Source: Thalia democratica
Taxonomy: Eukaryota
DNA: 64,000 nt
Reading direction: 5' to 3'
Assembly: GCA_965202585.1 (NCBI GenBank)
Contig: OZ241833.1
Coordinates: 34,782,001-34,846,000, forward strand
Shown here: piece after piece, positions 1-12,555 of the stretch
Numbering within the stretch: the first letter of the stretch is position 1
Layout: every line of letters begins with the position of its first letter
The notes under the pieces: generated by a model
Seen by the model: the letters and a program-made list of their open reading frames with translations, nothing else
Databases searched by the model: none
Told to the model about the DNA's origin: nothing
Program-made: the position numbers and the translations under genes

Positions 1-650
1 ATTTCATAATCTTTCAGATGCTTTTTTTAGATTTAAAAAATATAAAGTAACTTTTTTTTTATGACCGGTTATATAAAGGGTTGTCTTTATAAACGTATAT
101 AAAGGGTAACTTTAAAGCCGTTTTTCTCGAGTTTTTAAAAACGGGCTTTAAAATCTATCTTCTCCTTCATTTTTCAAGCAATCTTCTTCAAATTTTCAGG
201 AAATGTTCCTTACATTATGAGAAAAAAACGTTATTTGTGAATTTTAATAATTTTAAAAAATAAAAATTTTATGACAAAAAAAAAAATGTGATTTTTTATC
301 AAAAAAAATGTTTTTTCAAAAAAAAAGTATTTTAACTTGAAATTTTTTAAAGTCACAAATAACGTTTTTTTTGTTATTGTATAAAAAATAGACTGTGAAA
401 GTTTGAAGAAGATTGCTTAAAAGATGAAGGAGGAGATAGATTTTGAATGCATTAGTCTTTTTTTGCCGTTTTTCGTTTAAACATATTATTTCCTTCCCCA
501 TAAGGCACCTGTTATGCGGCCCGACTTTGGCCGGTCATATCTCAAATCTAATTCGAATTTTTAAAAACGGTAAAAAGCAACTTGAAGCTTAGTAAAAACT
601 CTATAAAATAAAATCAACTTGTAAAAAACATGGCCTACCCCCCTATGGCC
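1..650. mobile_element. Non-autonomous DNA transposon (TTAA-flanked, GG-ended), left end outside the window; contains an internal inverted repeat
   Basis: The right end CCCCCTATGGCC|TTAA (650) resembles the termini of the element at 61063-61743, and both share an internal GGAGGAGATAGATTTT motif (about 431 and 61516). About 148-241 is the reverse complement of about 353-450. Confidence 0.55.
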
Positions 651-760
651 TTAATAAACTTTTATACTTCAAGCTTTTCAATAAATTCTAAAAACAGTAA
701 AACATAATAAAAATTTCAGTAAAAAATAAATAAATATTTAAATACTTTCCACCCTTCAAG

Positions 761-3700
761 GCGAGAGAGGGATGTACTGCGTGGAAATGAACGGAAAATT
801 GAGGTTCGAAAAGAAGTTCGAGTACCAGCCATCCTGCTTCCACTGTAATTATAAGAACCCTTCTGATGGCGTCAGGACGTTGATTGCTACCCAGCACAGG
901 TTGTTTTATTACCATAAATGTTCATGTTTATACTTGTTTTTAGATTTTTGTTGCATTTTACTGGTGACTGCCCATCACAGATTCAACTTTATTTTATACT
1001 AGAAATGTTATACTAGCACTTGCTTATATTTTTATTGTTTTTGAAACAATTGCATTGTTAACAGACAAATGCTCGTGTATTCCAACACGACGCTTTTGTG
1101 GGCCGCCTCCCTCAACTCCGTCCCCGTTTGCTTGAAAGTCGCCACACTGCTGTTAGTTTTTTGAATATTGAATAATACGTAGTAGTTTCCTACGTGTAAG
1201 AAAAATAAATTCTTTAAATTAAGTTCAATATAAACTGTTTTACAATATAAAGTTTGTGCCTGTTTGCTTGTTAGTATCAATATTGCTGTTAGTTGGTTTT
1301 ATGTTAAAATGGGTAAATAAGCTATTAGTTTATTTACAGCTTTAAAATTTGTTTAAAAAAACCCTCCTCTTCTTAAAAGTTTATTTTCGATGATACTTTT
1401 TTTTTTGATAAAACAAACTAAATCCTCAAATCACAGCAACACCAAAATACCAAAGATGGAAAGTATAAGTAATATTTTCAACCAGAAGTAATGGCTATTT
1501 TTTTCAGTCTTCAACAAAAACACTTTTTTATCTTTATAAGCATTATAAAAAAATACAAGTAAAACTTGCAATCTATCGCGCAGCAACACTCAAGGAGCGC
1601 TGGTTCTTCTCACTGAAGACATGCACGTGAGCTGTTGCTACTTAGGGACTGTCCCTTCGCTGTTCACCATCGGTAAGTCGAGCAACAGGGCCGCCAGCGT
1701 GGAAGACATGGAGAAGGAAATACAGCAGTTGAGAAAACAAATAAAAAATATAAAGAAGCAAGGTTTTGAAAAGATTTGAAATTTTAATAAAGTTTGTATA
1801 AGTTTACCAACTGTTTGGTTTTTTAGTTGTTTTATAACTTTTTCAGACTGTTATAAGATTTATGTTAAAAAAGAGTTATTAATACGCACAGGTCAACTGT
1901 TAGTTTTTCCAGCAGTTGTGAAACTAGTAGGTAACATACTGTTTATTGTTGTACTATTATTTTTATTCTGTGCAGATAATATTGTCGATTCACCCTACAA
2001 CGTAGCCGATGAGAACCCGCTAACAATAAAGTACCAGTTTCAAGCGGTCGACCAAAACGTTAGTAAATTTTATGATTTTTTTGCATTATGATAACTGTAT
2101 GCTGTTTTGCAGAGTTCGTTCGAGCTGTCCAATGAAATGCGGCCTGCGATTGTGTGCCAGGTTGTTATCGTTTTCACAATTTTTCGAATAATGTCCATAT
2201 TAATTATTAATGCAAAAAATTGAAGTCCAGTTACTTTTTAAACAATTTATACAAAAGAGACACTCAATGCAATATGCCAAATATATATTTTTTGAAACTT
2301 GGATAGATTTAAAATAAGTTAAAGTTGTTGTAACATTTTTGACTTAATTAAAATTGAGGCTATTTGTATTTTAAATAAAAAATCTACTCCTAGTAGGCAA
2401 AAGGAATTTGATAACAAAGTTGCTTTATTTACTTTTTTTGTGTTCATATGTTCTTACTTAATAAGCATTAATCATAATTAGTATTTTCATTAGTATTATA
2501 TGTAATTATAATTTGTTTATTATGATTACTACTATTACTATATAAGCTCAAATTCATCTTTTATTTATTGCTATGTATCCACTGACGAGAATAGTGTGAA
2601 AAGTATTATTATTTAAACTATAATTAATGAGCTTTACCGCAAGGTCAACAATAACATCATCCGAGACAACCTACGATAGGTTTCGTCCTAGTTAAGACTC
2701 ATCAGGCAGGCATAGTCGCAAGAAACCGCTCAACTCTGTTGATGATGGCCGTAATAAGTACTGATTAAAACTGATCAAACGAGCCCAGACTATAATCTCA
2801 CAATAAGCTGACAATGTCTGAGACGTTGGGTTGTGTACGGTTTAGCTGTGTCATTTTTTAAATTTTTACCCACAAACGGTCGCTTCAGCACTTCGTACTT
2901 AATCCCGCTTGGTTAGGATCACAACAGCGGTTTCTCGCGACTATGACTGCCTGATGAGTCCTATCTAGGACGAAACCGGTCGTAGGTTGTCTCAAATGCT
3001 GTTATTGTTTTTATCCTACGGTAAAGCTCATTAATTATTATTGATAGCGAGGAACATCTCAACTCTGTTGATGATGGCCGTAATAACTACTGGTTATTTT
3101 TTAACTATTAAGTTTTAAGTTAGTTTTTTCAAGGATTTTTAAATTTTCACTATGACTGTTTTGTATACTTCTTTTGACTTAATTTATTTTTTTATTGTTT
3201 TTATGTTTTATAACTATAACATCACTGGTTTGTTGTACAATTTAAGTTGAAAAAATTAAAAATAGTAAATAGAACCAAAGTCATGGATGATAAATTTTAT
3301 AAAAAACAGTAAAACAGAATTTATAACAGAATCATTATTAACAAAATCAGACTAGTTTGGTATTTCAATTCATGGTGTAAGCTAATTGATATTTTTGTTT
3401 TGCTTAGCTTTAAAGATATTATTTGCTCAAGAAAAAAAAAACGTGTTGAACAATAGAAAACAGAATTATAAAAAAATATTAAGGCGTTTTTTAATTTTTG
3501 ATCAGGTATTTTAAATTACTTTTGTATTACTCAAAACAGGTAAGCCTGTCAACTTCAAGAGCAATAAAAAACGTAAGTTTATCGTTGCAATGCCCACTAG
3601 GAATTATTTCGTCCGTGAATCACGTTACATTTACTAGAATTGGTGAGTTTTTCAGACTGATTACATTCTTGTTTAAAATTTGACTCTTGTTCCGCATACT

Positions 3701-6700
3701 TAAAAGAATTAACGTCAAGTTCGCACATTTATTCTCTCACTCAAACTATTTGACATGTTTTAATCCAAAACTAGTTTTAAAATTGTTTTAATACAATACT
3801 CGAAATAATTTTTTAAATTTTGTTGTGATGTAAAGTTGAACTTGATTTAAGCTTGTGGGCATGAGTTGCAAATAACCGCTTTAGAGAAATTTGAAAGTCC
3901 AAGTATTACATAATTCTTTATTAGATCCGTAAACCCTTTTTAAAAGGAACATTGCGTTGAAAGTTTGAAGTTTTGTTATAATACTTTTTATTTTTAATCA
4001 ATTTATTTAAAAACAGAGAATAGCGATCAGATGGAAACAAATATTAAACTGGACAGTTCTTGCCTGCCAAGCAGTTTAGACGTACAAATGTCTGTGTGCT
4101 ATCAAAATAACGATCGTTAGTGATTGTATAACAACTTATATAAGTTAACTTGAAAAGTCCTCTTTGTTATGATGTTTCATGTTTAAAAAACAATCATAAG
4201 TGAGTTATTACACCATTTTAAAGGATTCTAAAAGTGCTGTTGATTTACAAAGTTAATATTGTACGAGCTAATAAAAATATTTTGGCTATAATTAGCACTA
4301 AGGTTTTCATGAATACTTGATGTGAATAAGTGTTGAAAATATAATATTTTTATTTAATTAGAAATACCTACCATCTACTATTTTGTTTGAACTACTTTAG
4401 TAGCTTAGTTTAGTGTAAGTTTGATTTTTGGTTGTAAGGTACAAGTTTGGTAAAAATTTGCACTATTTACTCTAAAAATCATATAACTATTTTCTATGAA
4501 GAATGGTTTAAATACTATCTTAATTAATATTTGTTCAAAAAAAAAGCTTATCCACACAATAAAAACTCTAATACTTTTATCTGACAGCGAAAAACGATAA
4601 TTATTTGTTGTTATATGAAATGAGGTATATTGTTGTACAAATTTTCTGAAATAGTTTCATTTTATTCACATGTAAAAATATTTATACTATAATTATTTTT
4701 TTTTGATATATGTTTAAACAATTTAAGAATTCCAAAATTGATGATTTTTAAAGGTAGGTATATTTTGAAATAAAAACATCTTTATCTTTTTTCACTTTAT
4801 GTTGCACTTTCAACCCATATAATTTTTTTTTGTACTGAAACTAACAGTGAAATAATACTAATATCATTAAAATGAGACATGTAATAAACAATCTATCACC
4901 AATTAAGAAACGGGTAAAACAAAAGTTCACAGTCAACAAATCAAGTTGCCATTGACGCTGGTTGCAAAACCTAGTGAGACGCCGAAGAAAATGAAGTACA
5001 GATTCACCATAGAATCAAGCCAACCCTGCGCCGACCTAGCCAGATTGCTACCTGGTAAGTTCTATTTTGTTAAATCGTTGAATGGTTATTTGTATTCTGT
5101 AAAAACTACAAAAATGTAGTTTGACCAGATAAGTACCAAGTAAAATTCCTTTTCTTAGTAGCTAGTTATGTTTTGAAATTTTGTTAACAGTAGAAAAAAA
5201 AATCTTTGACAAACATTGAATTTTATAGTAAATAAATCTTTTGTTTTGGTGCATAAAATTATTTTGAGTCATGCAAATTAATGACCATATACATTTTTAC
5301 ATGCTTGATTTTTTTTGCTAATTTGTTTAAAATAGTTTCAATGAATCCAGTTGTATAGTAATTAAAAGTTTTCTATTTTATTATAACTTCTAATCTAGCC
5401 TAACATTTTTCTAAAACATTTGGTTTTTCAACATTACAAAAGTTGTTGTATACGTTCATTTATTTGTCTTAGTTAAATTTAAACCACCTTACTCTTTAAG
5501 AAAAAGTACTTAAATATATATATGAAATATTATTTGGACGTATCAACAATTAAATTATTATAACCTAGTGTAATAAATTTGTTAAAATAAAACTTTTACT
5601 GTGAAAGTTTACAAATGTATATAAAGAATTTGATAAACATAACATTCATGACAATTTAAAGGTATGACATCACCTGAAAACAGTTCAAATTGTGTCGGAA
5701 TGCAATACATACACGGCCCAAAAGCCACTATATTGACTTCAAAATCCAGCAGTTAGTTTTTAAATTACAATTTCATAAAATTTCAGGTTATCAAGTTCTG
5801 TTGTTTCAATTTAAAAATTTAGCTGTACAGAACTAATAGTGAACAAAAATACGAGTAAGATTAATGAAGTGAAATATATTGATTGTATTAGTTGTATTGT
5901 ATTAAATATTGTATATAGCTATTAAAACAATTATGTACAAAAATGAAACAAACAAAGTAGATAAAAGTGACTATAAAAAACTTTAATATAAAATCAATTA
6001 GTAAAACGAACAGAAAAGCTTACCTATAATGTGTACAATAATCTGAAAACTACTAAATAAGAACTAATGAAACAGTTTAAAGACAAAATAGAGAGAGACT
6101 GAAAACATAAAATTATTATAAACAATGCAGACAAGTACAGGATAGAAAGTGAGGAGCTGCCGTGCATGTGGCTGCTGATGAAGCATTTCGTGCGAAGGCT
6201 GCTGATTGTTCACAGTGACGTCATACTCAACTGCGGCGACAAAATTAGTCTGAACGAACTTTTCGTGCTCATCGACAGGCACGTTGAGGTTTGAATTAGT
6301 TTCTAGAAATATAAATGTTGGAATGTGAAATTTATAGCTTTAAATCATTTCTAAATATTCTATCAAACTTTTTTTTTTATAATAAATAAAAAAGGTGAAC
6401 TATTACTCTCATTTGGATTCTAAAGTAAAAGACTTTGTTTGGGTTATATATTTAATATTCAAAATTTTATAAAATACTTAAATTTTTGTTTAGTGCAGTT
6501 TTATTATTATTTAACGATTCTTAGGTGCGAAAAGCGCGCTTGGAAGTGTGTGGGGTTTTGGAGAAGCGTTCAATGCAGTACACCTCGATCCAACGACGGC
6601 TGTTATCCAAATACAAAGACAAGAACCCCCATCAACCGACAGTGGCAAGTCTGGATAACTTGCTGAAAAATACCCATGAACAAGTTATTATTATTATTTA

Positions 6701-9700
6701 TTTGAAAGACTTCATTATTTGTTTCTAGAACAAAAAGTCAACGTATAACCAGTGTTTTAATTATATGTTATATTTTTATAACTTAATTTATAAGGCAATA
6801 AAAATAAAATATATTTATTTATCTTCTTTGCATTAAAAAGAACGCAAACAAAATTAGTAAAACAAAAAGAGCACAAATAACTTTTTTTTAATCACCTTCC
6901 AAAATGTTGATTAAGTTCATGAACCAATCAATAGAAATGTGGGCCTCTATTATATTATTTTAATATCTTAGTTTATTGTAAAACTTAATTTTTATTATTC
7001 ATAATTTAAAACCAGTTCATACAAACAGTTATTAATGTATTTTTATCTAAAATGTTTGCATTTAAATTTTATAGTACTGTGCGTCCTCAATTAATTTTTC
7101 ACACAAATGAATTTTGTTTCAGTTGATGACACTGATGGAGGCTTACGACGATTACACGAACTTGCTGAAACGCGTCGGTAGCAACATGATATCGGTTGCC
7201 ATGCTCATTTCACGCCTGAGTGATTTCCATGGCAACCACCACGATTCGCTTCAGTGGGCAGATTACAAAGACTTGACCACTGATTCCATGGTGAGTTGGA
7301 CATATATTTACAAAAACTATTTTTTAATAAGAGTTGTCTATCTATTCAATATGTTCTTATTTTGAATGAGTGTGTGCATTTTAGGTTATTATAAGTAAAT
7401 TAGTATTATTATGTAACAAATCAGGGTTTCCCAAACTTTTTTTTCAAAAGGTCGCCTTCTTTATAGAAATTTAAAAAGCTATGGGCCTCCTCCAACAACA
7501 TTTCTGAAAATACTTTACTTTTGCTCTTTATCATCAACTCTAGAATATCTAGTGTAAGTTTCAAACTATGGCCTTGTGGCTTCCCCTTTTACGGCTTGTG
7601 GCCCCATAAATTTCCTAAATTTTCTCGATAATATCTAGTATAAGTTTCAAAACTACTATTATAAACGCCTAACACCATTTTGTGCTCTTCATCATCAACT
7701 CCTGAATATCTAGTGTAAGTTTTAAGTTATGACCTTATAGCCCCTGTGGCCCCTTTACTGCTAATGGTCTCCTAAATTTCTGTAATGGCCCCAAGGGGAA
7801 CACTTGGACCACTTTGGGAAACCCTGTAATAAATTTTAGCAGTTGTTTTTTAAAAAATTTAAACAAACAGTACGTTGGATAAAACTTGCATAAATTTTTT
7901 AATAATTTAAGTTTTTAGTTTTAGAACATAAGTACTATAACAACAACACTTATATTTTAGTTTTAAATTGTTGTAAAATGTAACACAATTTAAAGTCGTA
8001 TAAGAAATAAAAGGATTTAATATCTTAAAAATACAAACTAAATTTCTTATTTTAAGGCTACCTAAAGCTAGATTGCTTCTAAAGCACTGTGAATAGTATT
8101 TACTTTTAAAAGTTAACTTTTTACAATTAAAATACTTTAAGAGAATTGTTTATCGTTAGCTAAATAAAGTTACTTAACAGAACTTACTACTTTATATTTT
8201 TTAATAAAATTATCTTAATAGTTGTTGAAGTTTACTTTAAAATACTACGTTGTCAATAAACAAGAAGCTTTTTTACATTTTTTTATAACTTAAAATTTTT
8301 AGATTTTTATCCGACATCAATTAATCCTAAACAAGTAGTGATTTTACAAAAAAGTAAGAAAAACTAGGGCTTGTTAATGTTTTATTGATCAAGTTTACCC
8401 ATTGGTGTAACTATCTTTGTTTGACTGAATACTTGTTTCTCGTTGCAGATTCTCAGTTGTTTTCATTTAATAGTTTGAAAAAAATTTCATCACAAATAAT
8501 AATTGTAGGGTTGGGAGGAAAATACAGAGATGATGCTGTCACATTTGCTTCAGAGCAAAAAGTCAACTTTCACTGAAAAATCATGGCAAGACACCACTAA
8601 AGTGAGTACAAGCTCATATTTTGTCAGCATTTATTTGTGTATGAACAATTTTATTCTACATAGTTTCACGCATCTAAAAATTTGTTTATTAATGTTAGAG
8701 TTAGTATTGTTTTTTTTTGTTTTAATCGGGCTTGCCAAAAGACCTGTAATCCTGAAAAAACCTTGAATTTGAGAAATTTTGAAAGAAACCTAGAAAAACC
8801 AGGAATTTCGAACTAAAATAACTTAAAAACCTTGATTTCTTTTGCATGAAAAGTATAGTAAATACAAAAAATATATCATAGCGAAAGAATAATATTAAAC
8901 TACTTATTATATTTAGCCTTAATGTAGCTTTTCAATGTTGTTATATTATTTAAGACAGTTTTATACCTTAAACTTAATTTTATACTAAAAACTGACTAAA
9001 AAAATTGTACTTTTTAAACCTGGAATAAATTCAAAAAATATGGAAAAAACTTACTTCAAACCTTTGGCAACCCTGTATACATTTTTATAATTCAAATTTG
9101 ACATTGTCTTTACAGAAAATTTAAATGCTTTTATAATATTAGTACTTTTAAGGGAATGGTGTTTTATTAACCTTATGCTAATGATTCTTCACAAAAGCAT
9201 ATTTACAAATACTGATTTAGTATAGTTACTAGTTTGCACCTTAAGCAAGTATTGAATTCTATTTTTTTTGATAAGAAATTCAAATTTTTAACAATTTCAG
9301 TTGAAAAAGCTGCTAACAGTGTATTTTGATCGATTGAAAAACAACGAAAAATTTACTGAAAGTTTACACAAAATAAGAAATATAAATGTTGAAAATATGA
9401 GTAAGTTTTTTTAGTAAACACTTATATGATACCAAATAACCATGAAAGAATTTTCTTAAATTTACAAAAAAAAAAAGGAATTGAAAAAAATTACGTTGAT
9501 ACTATATTCAAAATTTAGTTATTTGGAAGTTTGCAGATTCAAGTTATATTATTTATTTGAATGTTCAAATTAAGTTTATTTTCTATTAATAGTATTTTTT
9601 TAATCATACTGAAATTATCAAATTAGTTTTAAATTGTTTCTAATGCTAATAATTTCTACATTTCATGTCAACCATATTATTTTCAGAAAATCTGAGCATA

Positions 9701-9709
9701 TGTTCGTGA
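761..9709 (+). CDS. BBS9: Bardet-Biedl syndrome 9 / PTHB1 (BBSome core subunit), 3' portion; 5' exons lie outside the window
   Basis: Hand-spliced GT-AG exons keep phase: 761-899, 1065-1151, 1584-1762, 1976-2058, 2113-2160, 3540-3642, 4017-4115, 4908-5054, 5662-5751, 6131-6288, 6525-6683, 7123-7290, 8509-8601, 9301-9401, 9687-9709 (TGA). Peptides match recalled BBS9 motifs: GERGMYCVEMNGKLRFEKKFEYQPSCF, CCYLGTVPSLF, IKLPLTLV, KYRIESE, SIQRRLLSKYKDKNP, GWEENTE, LKKLLTVYFDRL. The last short exon is the least certain. Confidence 0.93.
2665..2717 (-). ncRNA. Type I hammerhead ribozyme, partly degenerate copy
   Basis: The reverse strand reads GACTATGCCTGC-CTGATGA-GTCTT AACT AGGAC-GAAA-CCTATC-GTAGGTTGTC. 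The core boxes and stems I and II are intact; stem III is altered (ACCTAT rather than ACCGGT). Confidence 0.65.
2939..2991 (+). ncRNA. Type I minimal hammerhead ribozyme (Penelope/retrozyme type, dimer-forming stem III)
   Basis: CTGATGA (2951-2957), stem II GTCCT-ATCT-AGGAC (2958-2971), GAAA (2972-2975) and palindromic ACCGGT followed by C. The predicted GUC cleavage is after 2981. Stem I is CTGC/GTAG plus GAC/GTC across an internal loop. Confidence 0.8.
7422..7826. mobile_element. hAT-type MITE in a BBS9 intron
   Basis: TIRs CAGGGTTTCCCAAA / TTTGGGAAACCCTG; 8-bp TSD TAACAAAT / TAATAAAT (7 of 8 match). An internal duplication spans about 7520-7580 and 7682-7750. Confidence 0.8.
8726..9075. 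mobile_element. Degenerate MITE with CAGGGTTGCCA-type termini
   Basis: Left end CGGGCTTGCCAAAAG versus right end CTTTGGCAACCCTG. It has the same terminus type and internal CCAGG/CCTGG motifs as 56855-57211. No clean TSD. Confidence 0.5.
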
Positions 9710-11859
9710 TTTGAACCAAAATTGACTTCAAAATTTCTTCAATAAATACTTCATATGTATTTCATAATACTGTAAATTACAAGACTGTGAAGATTATTAT
9801 TTATTCAAACCTCTTTTAAAAATTATGTTTCTATAGCAAAAAAAACTTTTAAACTTTCCGTCTTATATTGTTCTTTTGCACCACTGTTATTTTTGTCTGT
9901 GTAATTTTTAAATTCAAATATTCTTTATTTAAGATAATTCTATAACCAACTAAATAGTTAAACAAAAAAATAGAACGAGTTAAATTTATAATCAAATTAA
10001 AAAGTAAAAGTTTTTATGTAGTTGTGAAGGTATAAACGAGTTTGTATCATTAATGTTATTTCGATTTATTTAATTAATTTAAATTACCCTTTATAATTGT
10101 CGAAAAAAAACTATTTAACTTTGAAGTATAAAAGTTAAATAATTCCTGTGCTATTTTCGTTAACAAATTCTGTTACAAAAGATTAACTAAATTTTTATCA
10201 AATTTAAAGTTACGTTTAAATAGTTAAACTTGACATCATGATAAGGTTATAAATGTTTAACGACTTCTTTTGGAACATTATACTTAGTTTATTTTACTTT
10301 AACAGTAGAGATTTTCTTATAAATGACGGTAAAGAAAAATTTATTAAAAAAGAAAAGGTTAAAAAGACATTTTTTAATACTTAAAACAGTTTGAAGTTTT
10401 TTAATTTTTTCTAATACATATACTATGAATTTTTCGAAATTGACTTATCTCAACACAATAATATTGTTTTCTATAATATTACTGCAAATAGGTTTGTTTA
10501 ATATAAAAAGCAGTTATATATAATGTTTTTACGAAAATTAAGTGACATCAAATTACTGTTCTATGAAATTTTAACCCTAACTTACATCGGTACTTTTTTA
10601 AAGTACTTTTATTAATGTTTTTAGTATATTCAGTGATAATACTAAGGGGAGTTATTTTATTGTAAAAAAACTATTTTTGTCGTCTTAATAATTACTACGT
10701 GTATAATTTTTAACATAAAATAATAACTATTTATTAAGTCAAATGCATTTAAAGTTGCTATAAGTTTATTAAAAACAAAATAAGGCTACTACTTGAAAGT
10801 TTTGCTCAGTAAGTTGAGACCCTTCAATTGGAAATGTCAAATGTGCTGGGTTCTTACTAAACTTTAAAGTTCTAAAAAAGTTTTTTTTCATAAGAAAACA
10901 CAGGAAAAAATTGAGATAATTTAAGAGTTTATAGGCCGTGCCTTTTTAAACTGTTTTTAAACAATTCTAAAAAATAAGTTTTGTTAAAATTTTTTGTGCA
11001 AAATACATTCAAACTGAAAATTTCTAAATCTTGCTATTTTGTTTAGTTGAACAATTTTCGTTAGACATAAACATTTTAGTGGTTCGAGAACTATTTGCAA
11101 GACCTTTAGTTTGACAAGGTTCTCGTGTTCTATAGTCGTCGTTGTACAATTAGTATTACAGGATTGCCATACTAAATTTTCTTTTAGGTCAGCGAGACAT
11201 CGAACTCTAGCTATTTTTTTGTGAATTTTTGAATGTCTCTGACTTAATTTTTTATTTCTTAAACTGTGTTTGTCCAGTTTTTTTTTATTGATACATTATT
11301 TTGTTCTGTTAATTTAACCTTGAAGTCTTTATCTTAATAATACTGATACCAAAACTTTTATCACTTGCAAGAACATTTTTACTTCTACAAGTGTGCGAAA
11401 ATTAAAAATTTTGTTAATGGTATATAAAAGTAAACAAGTATAGAAAAGTTTTAAATTATTTTGACATAATGTTATAAAAATAATAAATAAACATATATAG
11501 AAAGCATTTATATATACATAATTAACAATACAGTTTTTTAGGTATATTTATTTAGTACGACTAAGTTTCACTGCTAAAGTGCCGGTATTAAGGTATGAAT
11601 AAACAAACAACTGATTGAAGCACTCTATACAGAAAGATTTATATTTAGTAGTAGTTAGTAGCAATAAAAAATATTTAGTATTTTCAAGTATAAGCACAAT
11701 ATTCAATCAATTTTAAGCGTTTGCAATAAAATGAAACTAACAAAAACTTAAAAATACATAAAAAAATATAAAAACAATAATCACAAGCAAAGTTAAACTA
11801 ATACAAATTTTATAAGAAATAACTAAATTTAAAAGTAGGTCAAATTGAAATTAGAAATA

Positions 11860-12180
11860 AGGCGGCAAGCTCTGATCTTTTATTAATGATATTCTCTGTT
11901 AGCTTCTGCAATGGCCATTTCCACAAAATCACATACACGCTTCTGATTTTATAGGAGGATTACATGAAGTTTTGTACATGATGGTCCATGAAACATTAAT
12001 GCAGCCTAGATTGTTTTTCTTTATGCCGACAACGTAGTTTGGGTGGTTTTGTTAGATTTGAAGCTAAGTATGTGCTGGTTGTATCTCGTTTGAAAGGTGA
12101 GCCTATGTACTCTTAAGTTGTGTTTTGGTGTGACATTGTGGCTTTGTATTTACCTTTTTGCAGGCATTCCAGGCTAAAAA
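11860..12180 (-). mobile_element. Decayed Penelope-like retroelement GIY-YIG endonuclease fragment
   Basis: Broken reverse-strand frames read ECLQKGKYKAT...EYIG...FK(T)RYNQHILSF...TTLS...VSWTI...EMAIAEAN...IINKRSEL. This is the recalled C-terminal pattern of Penelope-like ORFs; stops and frameshifts are present. Confidence 0.75.
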
Positions 12181-12377
12181 ATCATACTTGAACAACTGTA
12201 TTGTTAATTATTCTGTTTCATCTCCTGTGTTTGAGCACTATAAATATTGTCCAGTTAGAGAACTTTATTGTCTAATATATGTGTACATATAAAAAAACAA
12301 AGAAAATAATATCATTTGATAAACTAAACCATTTTCCACAGAGCCCACTTGAAGGGCTTTTAGATTGGTTTAGAATA

Positions 12378-12555
12378 ACTTGAGAGGTGATAAAAAGAGC
12401 ACGGCCTAAAGCAGACGGTAATACCTATGTGTGTAGGCTGTGCTTCAAAGAATCAACTGCCTTTATGTATGCATTAAAAAAATAGGATTGCTTAAAAAAG
12501 AGGAGCGAGTTTATGTCGTCTTTTCAACATATGAAAAAGCTCCCTTTAAAGTTTA
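12378..12555 (+). mobile_element. Second decayed Penelope-like GIY-YIG C-terminal fragment
   Basis: Reads *EVIKRARPKADGNTYVCRLCFKESTAFMYALKK*DCLKKRSEFMSSFQHMKK, matching W.I...A.PY...C.LC..E...LNKRSE...CRH..K. Confidence 0.65.

Larger units (their letters stand above)
2621..3086. mobile_element. Penelope-like element or retrozyme remnant: about 110-bp inverted arms, each carrying a hammerhead ribozyme, plus a 29-bp direct repeat
   Basis: 2621-2730 is the reverse complement of 2926-3037, with scattered mismatches. CTCAACTCTGTTGATGATGGCCGTAATAA occurs at 2729-2757 and 3058-3086. Inverted pseudo-LTRs bearing minimal hammerheads are an established trait of Penelope-like elements. Confidence 0.6.

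Noticed and set aside
11090-11105. GTGGTTCGAG B-box-like motif (possible tRNA or SINE)
   Set aside because: There is no A box or cloverleaf. No tRNA, rRNA or snRNA gene could be supported anywhere in the window.
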